A DNA stretch of 40,255 nucleotides from assembly GCA_019686175.1 (NCBI GenBank), contig JADGHJ010000002.1:1-40255 (forward strand), given 5' to 3'. Source of the stretch: Chloroflexota bacterium. Its GTDB lineage: Bacteria; Chloroflexota; UBA6077; JAJPHF01. The notes under the pieces are model-generated. The model worked only from the letters and a program-made list of their open reading frames with translations, was not told where the DNA came from and did not search any database. The translations under genes were made by a program, and so were the position numbers. This document shows, in pieces, positions 27,569 through 36,030 of this stretch (positions are counted from its first letter, which is position 1; the number at the start of each line of letters is the position of its first letter).

Positions 27569-29989
27569 TTATCCAGGCACGTCGGTCGCGCCGACGTTCT
27601 CCGTCGCCGGCGGCTGCTGCACGGCGGGCGGCTCGACCTCCGCGCCGTGCTCGCGGTCGCGCTCGTGCAGCGCGCGCAGCACCTTCTCGGGCGTGATCGG
27701 CAGGTCGCGGATGCGTACGCCGCAAGCGTTGTAAATGGCGTTGGCGATGGTGGGCTGCACCGAGAGCGTGCCCGACTCGCCCACGCCCTTGGCCCCGAAC
27801 GGCCCGTCCGGGTGCGGCACCGTCACGCTGACCGATTCGAGCTGCGGCGGCACGTCCTTCAGCGACGGCAACTGGTACTCCAGGAACGAGGCGTTGGTCA
27901 CCTGGCCCTGCTCGACGTTCATCCACTCGAAGAACGTCAGGCCGAGGGTGAGGATCGTGGCGCCCGCGATCTGCTGCTCGCAGTGGTGTGGGTTCACCTC
28001 GCGGCCGACGTCCGCCGCCGCCACGAACTTCAGCACCTGCACTTGTCCGGTGTCGGTGTCCACCTCGACCTCGGCGGCCGTGGCGCCCGAGAACCAGAAC
28101 TCGGTACTCTTCTTGCTCTGGCCCGTCTCGTGGTCGAGCGGGTCGGCGATCGTCTTGAACACGTGCTCGCCGACCAGTGTGGTGCCCAGCGCGCCAAGCT
28201 TGGCGGCGAACACCTGTGGGATGGTGAGGCCCCGCTCCTCCGCCCCGCGCACGTAGACCCGCTCGTCCCGCAGCACCAGGTCCTCGGGGTTCGCTTCCAG
28301 CACCTCGGCCGCGGCGGCGAACAACTGATCGCGGATCTGCTTCGCCGCGCCGCGGATCGCGTTGCCCATGTGGTAGGTGGAGCGGCTACCCGCCGTGATC
28401 GTGTCGTACGGCGTCACGTCGGTGTCCGGCAGGTGCACGCGTACCTTGGTGATGGGGACGCCTAGCTCCTCGGCGGCGATCTGCGCCAGCGCCGTCTCCG
28501 AACCCTGGCCCATCTCCACGGTGCTGGACAGCACGGTCACGCTGCCGTCGGCGTTCATCTCCACTACCGCGCTGGAGATCGACGGCGTGAGCACCGCCTT
28601 GACACCGCAGGCCACCGCCTTGCCCCGCACCCGCCCGCTGCCGGGCGGCACGCGTTTGGGCTGCGGCGGGGTGTAGTCGATCGCCTCGGCCACCTTGCGC
28701 AGCGCGGGCTTCACCCCGATCGACAGCATCGGCGTGCCGGTGGCGAACTCATCGCCCTCGTCCAGCGCGTGGCGCAGGCGGAACTCCAGCGGGTCGATGC
28801 CCAGCGCGTGCGCGGCGGTGTCCATCATCGACTCGTAGGCCCACACCACCTGCGGCACGCCGAAGCCGCGGAACGCGCCGGCCGGGACGTTGTTGGTGTA
28901 CACGCAGTACGAATCGATCTTGACGTTGGGGAACTTGTACGGCCCCGCCGAAGTGTAGCCCGACTTGTGGACCACGCGCGGGCCGATCTCGGCGTAGGCG
29001 CCCGTGTTCCACCAGTTTTGGGCCTCCACGGCCACGATGTCGCCGTGCTTGGTCACGCCCAGCTTGTAGCGCGCCACCACCTGGTGCTTGGTGATGATGT
29101 GGAACTCCTCCGAGCGCGAGAGCATGATGCGCACGGGGCGCCGGGTGACATACGCCAGGTAGGCGGCGATCGGCTCCAGCTTGGCGTATAGCTTCGAGCC
29201 GTAGCCCGCCCCGAGATACGGCACGATCACGCGCACCCGGTTGAGCGGCACGCCGAAGATGCCAGCGGTGGACACACGCACGAACGACGGGCTCTGCGTG
29301 GCGGTCCAGAGAGTGATGCGGTCGTCGTCGTCGATGTACGCCAGCGTGACGTGCGGCTCCAGCGGCGCATGCTGGGCGGGCGGCGAGGTGAAGGTGTCCT
29401 CGAAGATGTAATCGGCGCGGGCGAAGGCGGCCTCGACGTCGCCCTTGCGCACCTTCTGGTGGTAGCAGACGTTGGTGCCGCCGGTCTCACCCACGTGGGC
29501 CATGTCGGCAAAGGCGCGCGAGGGGCGCAGCACCTCGTGCACCAGCGGCGCGCCGGGCTTGCACGCCTCGACCGGGTCGAACACGGCCGGCAGCGGCTCG
29601 TACTCGACCTCCACCAACTCGCGGGCCTCCTCGGCCGCCTCGCGGCTCTCTGCCACCACGGCCGCCACTGGGTCGCCGATGTGGCGCGCCTTGTCCAGCG
29701 CGAGGATGCCCTGGTCCTTGAACACCGGCCCGACCCAGGGATCGATGCCCGGGGTGTTGAGGATATCCGCGCCGCTGACCACGGCGACCACACCCGGCAC
29801 GCGCTCGGCGCGGCGCTTGTCCACGCGCACGATGCGGGCGTGGGGGTGCGGGCTGCGCACCAGCACCGCGTGGAGCATGCCGGGCAGCTCGATGTCGCCC
29901 GTGTAGATGGGGCGGCCCGTCACCTTCTTGAGGCCGTCCAGTCGCGGCACGCGCTTGCCGACGACGCTATACTCCAGATCGATCGCCAT
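27569..29989 (-). CDS. Xanthine dehydrogenase family Mo-binding large subunit no. 2
   Basis: DGLKKVTG, GAGYGSK, AFRGFG, EMGQG, TAGSRS, GAKGVGE. Confidence 0.92.
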   Translation of the reverse strand: MAIDLEYSVVGKRVPRLDGLKKVTGRPIYTGDIELPGMLHAVLVRSPHPHARIVRVDKRRAERVPGVVAVVSGADILNTPGIDPWVGPVFKDQGILALDKARHIGDPVAAVVAESREAAEEARELVEVEYEPLPAVFDPVEACKPGAPLVHEVLRPSRAFADMAHVGETGGTNVCYHQKVRKGDVEAAFARADYIFEDTFTSPPAQHAPLEPHVTLAYIDDDDRITLWTATQSPSFVRVSTAGIFGVPLNRVRVIVPYLGAGYGSKLYAKLEPIAAYLAYVTRRPVRIMLSRSEEFHIITKHQVVARYKLGVTKHGDIVAVEAQNWWNTGAYAEIGPRVVHKSGYTSAGPYKFPNVKIDSYCVYTNNVPAGAFRGFGVPQVVWAYESMMDTAAHALGIDPLEFRLRHALDEGDEFATGTPMLSIGVKPALRKVAEAIDYTPPQPKRVPPGSGRVRGKAVACGVKAVLTPSISSAVVEMNADGSVTVLSSTVEMGQGSETALAQIAAEELGVPITKVRVHLPDTDVTPYDTITAGSRSTYHMGNAIRGAAKQIRDQLFAAAAEVLEANPEDLVLRDERVYVRGAEERGLTIPQVFAAKLGALGTTLVGEHVFKTIADPLDHETGQSKKSTEFWFSGATAAEVEVDTDTGQVQVLKFVAAADVGREVNPHHCEQQIAGATILTLGLTFFEWMNVEQGQVTNASFLEYQLPSLKDVPPQLESVSVTVPHPDGPFGAKGVGESGTLSVQPTIANAIYNACGVRIRDLPITPEKVLRALHERDREHGAEVEPPAVQQPPATENVGATDVPG

Positions 29990-30073
29990 GGTGGCTCTCC
30001 GTCCCGCGCGCTCGCGCTCGCCTATAGCGTCGGGCGCGTGTAGCTCGTCTGTAGCCGGCGGGGTCGGCCACCG

Positions 30074-30961
30074 CTAGCCCCGTGCGGTGGCCTGGGCGCG
30101 CTGCTGTGCGGCGCGGATAGCCCGCCCCACGAACAGCCTGGCCATCTCGCGCTTGTACCAGACCGACCCGCGGATGTCGTCGGTCGGGTCGATCTGGTCG
30201 TCGACCAGCGCCATCACGTCGCTGATCAGTCGGTCGGTCAGCCGCTGCCCGCGCACCACCTCGTTCACTCCCTGCAACAGCACCGGGTGACTGGCGACCG
30301 AGGTGAGCACCACCCGCAAGTCGTCCACGCTGCCGTCCGCGCCCGGTGTCAGCGCCGCCGCCACGCCCAGGCACGGCCAGTCCATCGCCGACAGCGACTG
30401 ATACTTCAGGTATACCGCGCCGGTGCCCGCGGGTGGGTCGGGTACGATCACCTCGGCCACGATCTCGCCCGGCTCCAGCGCCGTGGTGTAGATGTCCAGG
30501 AAGAAGTCCTCCAGCGGCACCTCGCGCTCGCCGCCCTGCCGCACCAGCCGCGCGCGCGCCCGCAGGGCGATCAGTGGGGCGGGCGGGTCGAGGCGATAGT
30601 CGCCGTGCGCCAGGTTGCCGCCCACGGTGGCCGCGTGGCGCACGCGCACATTGCCGATCTCGCGGTAGGTCTCGCAGAGCACCGGCGCGTGCTGGCGCAC
30701 CAGCGGCGACCGCTCCATCGTCCAGTGCGTGACCAGCGCCCCGACGCGCAGCCCGACGCCCGGCTCGTGGCGCAAGTAGTCGAGCCCCGGGATCGTCTTG
30801 AGGTCGATCAGATACCCGGGCTGGTAGAAGCGCTCGCGCAGGTAGATCAGCAGGGCGGTGCCGCCGGCGATGAAGCTCGCGTCGCCCTCGTGCTCCAGAT
30901 ACAGGGCCGACGCCTCCTCCAGCGTCGTCGGCTGCAGCAGGTCGAGCTTGTGAATGGTCAT
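30074..30961 (-). CDS. FAD-binding medium subunit, CoxM-like
   Basis: IAGGT, LIDL, VRHAATVGGNLAHGD, DDIRGSVWYK. Confidence 0.92.
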   Translation of the reverse strand: MTIHKLDLLQPTTLEEASALYLEHEGDASFIAGGTALLIYLRERFYQPGYLIDLKTIPGLDYLRHEPGVGLRVGALVTHWTMERSPLVRQHAPVLCETYREIGNVRVRHAATVGGNLAHGDYRLDPPAPLIALRARARLVRQGGEREVPLEDFFLDIYTTALEPGEIVAEVIVPDPPAGTGAVYLKYQSLSAMDWPCLGVAAALTPGADGSVDDLRVVLTSVASHPVLLQGVNEVVRGQRLTDRLISDVMALVDDQIDPTDDIRGSVWYKREMARLFVGRAIRAAQQRAQATARG

Positions 30962-31042
30962 GCGCCTACCTCGGGGGAAAGGTCGCGCCAGGGCGCCGCA
31001 CCCAGGGGTGCTGTGGACCGAGCCGAGACGACGTGATGGCGC

Positions 31043-31065
31043 GGCACCTCTGGAGTATAGGTGCC
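31043..31065. promoter_or_regulatory. Inverted repeat GGCACCT-N9-AGGTGCC enclosing a minus-strand -10 (TATACT)
   Basis: Located in the divergent gap between the FAD subunit and isochorismatase genes; possible operator. Confidence 0.3.
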
Positions 31066-31154
31066 CTCCGGGTGCGCGTCAAACGTGGGGGCCCATGGTA
31101 TCCTGAAGCTACACTTCCGGCGCCGGCCTGGCCGAGACCAGGGGGAGGAGAACG

Positions 31155-31817
31155 ATGGCTGGGCAATCCGAGCAGGAGATGGCCGCATTCTTCGCGCAGC
31201 GGGGCTTCGGCCTGCGCATCGGGTTCGGCGAGCGGCCCGCCGTGGCGGTCATCGACTTCGTGTACGCGTTCACCGATCCGTCCATGCCGCTCGGCGCCAA
31301 TCTGGACCGCGAGATCGAGGCGACGCGGCGCGTCCTGGCCGCGGCCCGCGAGGCGCGGGTGCCCATCTTCTACACGGTCGTGTACTACGAGGAGCAGGAC
31401 CTGCGCGACGCAGGCGTGTGGGCGCTGAAGCAGAAGGGCGTGGCCACGCTACGGGCCGGCACGCCGGCGGTCGAGCTGGACGCCCGCCTCGAGCGCCGCG
31501 ACGACGAGGCGATCATCGTCAAGAAGTACGCCAGCGCCTTCTTCGGCACCGACTTCATCTCGCGCCTGAACGCTCGCCGCATCGACACGCTGCTGATCAC
31601 GGGCTGCACCACCAGCGGCTGCGTGCGCGCCACCGCCGTCGACGCACTGCAATACGGCCTGCGCCCGGTGGTCGTCCGCGAGGCGGTGGGCGACCGGGCC
31701 GAGCCTGCCCACCGCCAGAGCCTGTTCGACCTGGAGCAGAAGTACGCCGACGTGGTGGGCGTCGAGGAGGTCGTCGCCTATCTCGCCAGCCGGCGGCCCG
31801 CCGCGCAGGTCGTCTGA
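31155..31817 (+). CDS. Isochorismatase-family cysteine hydrolase (maleamate amidohydrolase / N-carbamoylsarcosine amidase-like)
   Basis: GFGERPA.AVIDF, KKYASAFFGT, GCTTSGCVRATAVDA (Asp-Lys-Cys triad), LFDLEQKYADV. Confidence 0.92.
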   Translation: MAGQSEQEMAAFFAQRGFGLRIGFGERPAVAVIDFVYAFTDPSMPLGANLDREIEATRRVLAAAREARVPIFYTVVYYEEQDLRDAGVWALKQKGVATLRAGTPAVELDARLERRDDEAIIVKKYASAFFGTDFISRLNARRIDTLLITGCTTSGCVRATAVDALQYGLRPVVVREAVGDRAEPAHRQSLFDLEQKYADVVGVEEVVAYLASRRPAAQVV

Positions 31818-31823
31818 GCCGCG

Positions 31824-32729
31824 CTAGCGCCCGGCGCGCGCTGCGATGGCGGCGACCGCCTGGTCGTAGTAGTTGGCGAAGTACCAGTCGGCGATCTCGT
31901 CGCTGGTAGTCAGCCACACGCGGTCGTGCCGCACCACGTGCTCCAGCGCGCGCGCCAGGTACTTGTGGCGGAACGGCTGGTTGATCAGGAACGGGTGCAG
32001 GGCCACGCACAGCACGCGCCCGCTCTCCGCGCCCTCGGCGTACAGCTGGTCGAAGGCGTCCACGATCATCTGGCCGAACTGCTCTGCGCTGAGTCCCTTG
32101 CCCAGGAAGGCGGGGATATCGTTCAGTTCGATCGAATACGGCACGGAGATCATCCGGCCGGTTCGTACCTGGAGCGGATACGGCTGGTCGTCGTTGCACC
32201 AGTCGAGCAGGTAGGTCAGGCCCAGCTCGGCCAGCAGGTGTGGGGTGTGAAACGTCTCGGTGAGCGCCGGGCCGAGCCAGCCCTTGGGCTGGCGGCCGGT
32301 GCGCTCGCGGATGGTCGTCACTACCTCGCCAAGGTACCGGCGCTCCTCCTCTTCGGTCATGTTGGCCTCGAGGATCGAGTTGTTCTTCCCGTGCGCGAGC
32401 CACACCCAGCCGCGCTTGTTGCCCTCCTCGATGATCTCGGGGTAGTAGTGGCACACGTCGGCGTTGAGCAGCACGCTCGCGCGCAGGCCGAGGCGGTCGA
32501 GTAGGTCCATCATCCGCCACACGCCCACGCGCGGCGCGTAGTCGCGCCAGCCATAGTTGAGCGGGTCGGGGACCAGCGAGGCAGTACCGGGGTGGATGCT
32601 GGTCGACGGCTTGTCGATCTCGTAGTGCTCGATGTTCAGCCCGATCCAGAACGCCACCCGGGCGCCGTTGGGCAGCTCCAGGCGCGGGCGACGAATCAGC
32701 GGCCAGTAGGCGTACAGCGTGTTCTCCAC
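31824..32729 (-). CDS. Polysaccharide deacetylase (CE4) family, PuuE/allantoinase-like
   Basis: LPNGARVA, NIEHY, DYAPRVGVWR, AHG, GWLGP, DDQPY, ELND, LHPF. Confidence 0.88.
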   Translation of the reverse strand: MENTLYAYWPLIRRPRLELPNGARVAFWIGLNIEHYEIDKPSTSIHPGTASLVPDPLNYGWRDYAPRVGVWRMMDLLDRLGLRASVLLNADVCHYYPEIIEEGNKRGWVWLAHGKNNSILEANMTEEEERRYLGEVVTTIRERTGRQPKGWLGPALTETFHTPHLLAELGLTYLLDWCNDDQPYPLQVRTGRMISVPYSIELNDIPAFLGKGLSAEQFGQMIVDAFDQLYAEGAESGRVLCVALHPFLINQPFRHKYLARALEHVVRHDRVWLTTSDEIADWYFANYYDQAVAAIAARAGR

Positions 32730-32922
32730 GAGCGCACCTCCCTAGGCGCCGGCTCGGTCGGCGGCGCTGGTACCTGAGAACGAATCGCCCCGTGCTGGTG
32801 CGGCGCCTGGCCCGAGCGTACCGCTGCCCGAGGAGGCTGTCAATGCGGCCCAACCGGCTCCGGGTGCGAGCACCGCTGCACCCGATCGCGCGCCCGGCGG
32901 GCGGCTTGGGCAGTGGCTGTCG

Positions 32923-32931
32923 TGCTACAAT
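32923..32931 (+). promoter_or_regulatory. Extended -10 TGcTACAAT
   Basis: 30 nt upstream of the MFS start codon. Confidence 0.5.
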
Positions 32932-32961
32932 CGGCCCAACGCCCGCGCGAGGAGGTGGCCC

Positions 32962-34407
32962 GTGCTGGCTGTCGGCGAGCGGCGCCAGCGCGCCGCGCTG
33001 CTCACGGTGGTGATCGGTCAGTTCGCCGTCCAACTGGCGACCATGCCCATCTCAGCGATCCTCCCGACGCTGGCCGACCACTTCGGTGTCGACTTCTCCC
33101 TGATCTCCTGGGTACCCAGCGCTTACCTGCTGGCGCTCACCGGCTTCATCCTGGTCGCGGGGCGCTTGGGCGACCTGTACGGGCATCGGCGCGTGTACGC
33201 GACCGGCCTCGCCCTCTACGCGCTCGCCGGCGGCGCCGGCGGGCTAGCGCCCACGGCCACGGTGCTGATCGGCCTGCGCGCGGTGCAGGGACTCGGCGGC
33301 GCGCTGATGCTGGGCAACGGGCTGGCCATCCTGGCCAACGCCTTCCCCGGGGGCGCGCGCGGCCGGGCGGTGGGCATCGCCCAGGTAGCCGCCTCGCTCG
33401 GCGGCATCGTCGGGGTGGCCTACGGCCTGCTGTTCCTCGACACCTTGAGCTGGCACTGGCTGTTCTGGGTGCTCTGGCCGCTCGGCGCGTTGGGGCTCTG
33501 GTGCGCCCGCGACCTGGACGATGCCCGCCCGGCCGGCCCCGCGCGCCCCGACCTCGCCGGCGCCGTGCTGTTGTTCCTCACGCTCACCGTCGGCTCGCTG
33601 TCGCTGAGCCACCTGCACGGAGGCGAGGCCAGCTTCCAGGCCGATGTCACCTATCACCTGACCATGCAGACGCTGGCCCTGGTCCTGCTCGGCGCGTTCG
33701 TGCTCGTCGAGCGCCGCCAGGCGCAGCCGCTACTCCGCTTCGCGGACCTCCACGTGCGCGATTTCAATGCGCTGGCCATCTCCAACCTGCTGATGCACAT
33801 GACGATGATGGCCTCCATCTTCACCACGCCGTTCCTGATCGAGCGGGCGTTCGGGCTGCCCAAGCCGTTCACCAGCGCCATGCTGCTCGCCCTCCAGATC
33901 ACCTGGGTGATCATGGCGTACGTGAGCGGCTGGCTGTACGACCGGCTGCGCGCGCGTTGGCTGGTGCCGGTGGGCATGACGCTGATCGCGGTCGGGCTGC
34001 TTGGTATGGGGCTGCTGGCGAGCCACGGCTACGGCGCGCTGGTGGCTAGCGCGCTCGTGCTGGGAGTGGGTACCGGCCTGTACATGACCGCCAACAACAC
34101 GCTCGCCGTGAGCCTGCTGCCGGCCACCAAGCGCGGGCTGGCCTCGGGCATTCTGGAGACGACGCGCCAGCTCGGCCATACTCTCGGGGTCGCCATCCCG
34201 GTCGCCCTTATGGGGCCGGCGGTCAGCGCCGCGGCCAGCGGCAGCGCGGGGCTTGGCTTCCTCCAGGGATTCCAGACAGTCAGCCTGGCCATGGCCGCCC
34301 TATGCACGGTCGGGGTGGCACTGTCGCTGCTGCCGGTGCTGGGCAGCGGCCCGCCGGCCGAGCGTCGCACCTCCGCGCCCGCCCCGGTGGCCGGCGGCGA
34401 GCGCTAG
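32962..34407 (+). CDS. MFS transporter, DHA2 (14-TM) type
   Basis: GRLGDLYGHRR motif A, RAVQGLGG, SGWLYDRL; SD GAGGAGG with GTG start. Confidence 0.92.
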   Translation: MLAVGERRQRAALLTVVIGQFAVQLATMPISAILPTLADHFGVDFSLISWVPSAYLLALTGFILVAGRLGDLYGHRRVYATGLALYALAGGAGGLAPTATVLIGLRAVQGLGGALMLGNGLAILANAFPGGARGRAVGIAQVAASLGGIVGVAYGLLFLDTLSWHWLFWVLWPLGALGLWCARDLDDARPAGPARPDLAGAVLLFLTLTVGSLSLSHLHGGEASFQADVTYHLTMQTLALVLLGAFVLVERRQAQPLLRFADLHVRDFNALAISNLLMHMTMMASIFTTPFLIERAFGLPKPFTSAMLLALQITWVIMAYVSGWLYDRLRARWLVPVGMTLIAVGLLGMGLLASHGYGALVASALVLGVGTGLYMTANNTLAVSLLPATKRGLASGILETTRQLGHTLGVAIPVALMGPAVSAAASGSAGLGFLQGFQTVSLAMAALCTVGVALSLLPVLGSGPPAERRTSAPAPVAGGER

Positions 34408-34426
34408 ACCCGAGCGCGGCTGCCCC

Positions 34427-34894
34427 ATGCTACTCCCCGCTGGTCCCGCTCCCCACGTGACCGTGCGCCCGCTGGCCTGCCGACCCACGGCGCGTGCGGA
34501 CCGTTGGCGCTGCGCCTGGGAGATCACCAACGAGGGGCCCGAGGCGCTGTGGCTCGTCGCCGCGTGGCTGCCCCACGGCCGCTTCCGCGCGCCGCAGCGC
34601 GCCTACACCCCGCCGCGCTCGCTGCCGCCCGGGGCGACCATCCACCTCGAGCGCGTGGTATCCTGCGAGGGAGCGGCCGGGGAGGTGGTCGAGAACGCGT
34701 TCTTGATCCTGCGGGTCGACGCAGCAGACAGTCGCCCCTGGCGCGTGCTGGCGCGGCTCACGATCCGCTTCGACGCCGCGCGCCGGCCCAACCAGCACCT
34801 GGCTCTGCTCACCTGCCAGCCCGTGGGCTTCGCCCAATCCAGCGATCGACCGCACCGTGGAGAGGAGCGCGGCAATGCCGATGACCGAGCGTGA
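34427..34894 (+). CDS. Hypothetical protein (about 155 aa, beta-rich)
   Basis: ATG 19 nt after the MFS stop; coding-like GC3 (WEITNEG...AWLPHGRFR...VENAFLILRV). Start is uncertain. Confidence 0.65.
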   Translation: MLLPAGPAPHVTVRPLACRPTARADRWRCAWEITNEGPEALWLVAAWLPHGRFRAPQRAYTPPRSLPPGATIHLERVVSCEGAAGEVVENAFLILRVDAADSRPWRVLARLTIRFDAARRPNQHLALLTCQPVGFAQSSDRPHRGEERGNADDRA

Positions 34895-35096
34895 CCGCTA
34901 CGTGATGGCCCGGATGCGCGGCTGATTCCGCAACTGAAGCGGAGACTTCGAGGAGACCACGGGTATGGTCTCGAGCGCGTTGAACATGGAGCTGGAGGAG
35001 TTGCTCGCTCTCCTCGAGCGGTTCCGGCACGAGTACGCCACGGATCCGGAGTACCAGGAGCTGCGCGCCGCGCTGCCCCCCGACTGGCCGCTCTGA
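34875..35096 (+). CDS. Candidate 73-aa selenoprotein with two Sec (UxxxU): MPMTERDRYVMARMRG-U-FRN-U-SGDFEETTGMVSSALNMELEELLALLERFRHEYATDPEYQELRAALPPDWPL
   Basis: SD GAGGAG 7 nt before ATG 34875; in-frame TGA at 34923 and 34935; same frame stays open with coding-like GC3 to TGA 35094; bSECIS-like hairpin downstream. Confidence 0.65.
34947..34975 (+). promoter_or_regulatory. Putative bacterial SECIS element
   Basis: Stem GAGACCA/TGGTCTC (34953-34972) with loop CGGGTA (G at position 2). The loop starts 22 nt after TGA2 and 34 nt after TGA1. Confidence 0.55.
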
Positions 35097-35108
35097 CCCA
35101 GCGCTCGG

Positions 35109-35879
35109 TTAGGTCGCCTGGCGCTCGGGCAGGCGCACGCGCGGACGCGTCAGGTGCAACGGTGCCACGCCCGACCAGAACTCCCGCCGGCCGGTGATCG
35201 CCTGCACGTGGCCGTCCCACTCCAGGGTGAACGCCGTGACCCCTAGCTTGACCGCCGCGCGGATGCGCGCCTGCCACTCGGGCGTGGTGGCCAGCCGCGC
35301 GATCGCCTCGATCTGGCGCGCGCCATGGCCCACGTCCTGCTCGGCGTGGATCCGGTACGTCTTGGCCGCGCGCGGCGAGAAGCCGTAGTAGCCGGTCAGC
35401 TCGCGGTACACCTTGGCGGCCACGCCGTCTGCCCCGCCGTGCTGCGCCTCGATCAGACTCAGCATGGCGATGCCCTCCAGCGCCGAGCGGCGCTGGCAGC
35501 CGCCGACGATCATCTCGATCGCGGCCATCGTGCCGGGCGTGGGCTCGGCCTGGTCGGCCTCCTCGCGCGAGATGCCGCCCTCTTCGAGGAACTGGAGCAC
35601 GATGTCCACGTGCGTGCGGTCGCCGCCCAGCTCCTCCACAAAGTTCTCCAGCACCACGTCCATCAGCTCGTACTGGCGCTCCTGGATGGCGTTGATGGCG
35701 ATGTAGCCGAAGAAGATCGGGTTGGTGCGCACGCGCAGATAGTGCTGGACCTCGCCCAGGATGATCTCCTCACGCGTCCAACGGTGCTGGATGATGCCCT
35801 GGAACCACGGGTGCTGCTCCATCGGCACCTCGTGGGCGTACTGCCATAGCTCGGCGACGAAGGCATCCGGCGCGAGCAT
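35109..35879 (-). CDS. Heme-oxygenase-like diiron enzyme (TenA/PqqC/CADD-like)
   Basis: HPWF, ENFVEELGGDRTH, LIEAQH, IHAEQDVGH ligand pattern; SD GAGGAGG. Confidence 0.82.
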   Translation of the reverse strand: MLAPDAFVAELWQYAHEVPMEQHPWFQGIIQHRWTREEIILGEVQHYLRVRTNPIFFGYIAINAIQERQYELMDVVLENFVEELGGDRTHVDIVLQFLEEGGISREEADQAEPTPGTMAAIEMIVGGCQRRSALEGIAMLSLIEAQHGGADGVAAKVYRELTGYYGFSPRAAKTYRIHAEQDVGHGARQIEAIARLATTPEWQARIRAAVKLGVTAFTLEWDGHVQAITGRREFWSGVAPLHLTRPRVRLPERQAT

Positions 35880-36030
35880 ACACTTCCTCCTCTCGCGCGA
35901 TAGCCGCTTGCCCTTAGCAGTACCTTACTGTACAGGCCGACCGCTCAACGATAACCGGGAACCGGCCAGCAGCGCGGCGGCCCGCACCGACGGATCAGTG
36001 CGGGCCGCTCGATAGCAGCGCGGAGGCGTG

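Noticed and set aside
23426-30961. Aerobic CO dehydrogenase (coxMSL)
   Set aside because: Neither large subunit has the form I AYxCSFR loop (ANRGIGK and AFRGFGV instead), and coxDEFG are absent.
34923-34937. Genome-wide TGA=Trp/Gly recoding as the explanation for the in-frame TGAs
   Set aside because: TGA is the normal stop of many genes here (MutS-like, GH65, isochorismatase, both coxS), and long genes contain no internal TGA.
34809-35030. Minus-strand 73-aa ORF from the track
   Set aside because: It is antisense to the plus-strand frames that carry the SD, operon context and coding-like codon bias.
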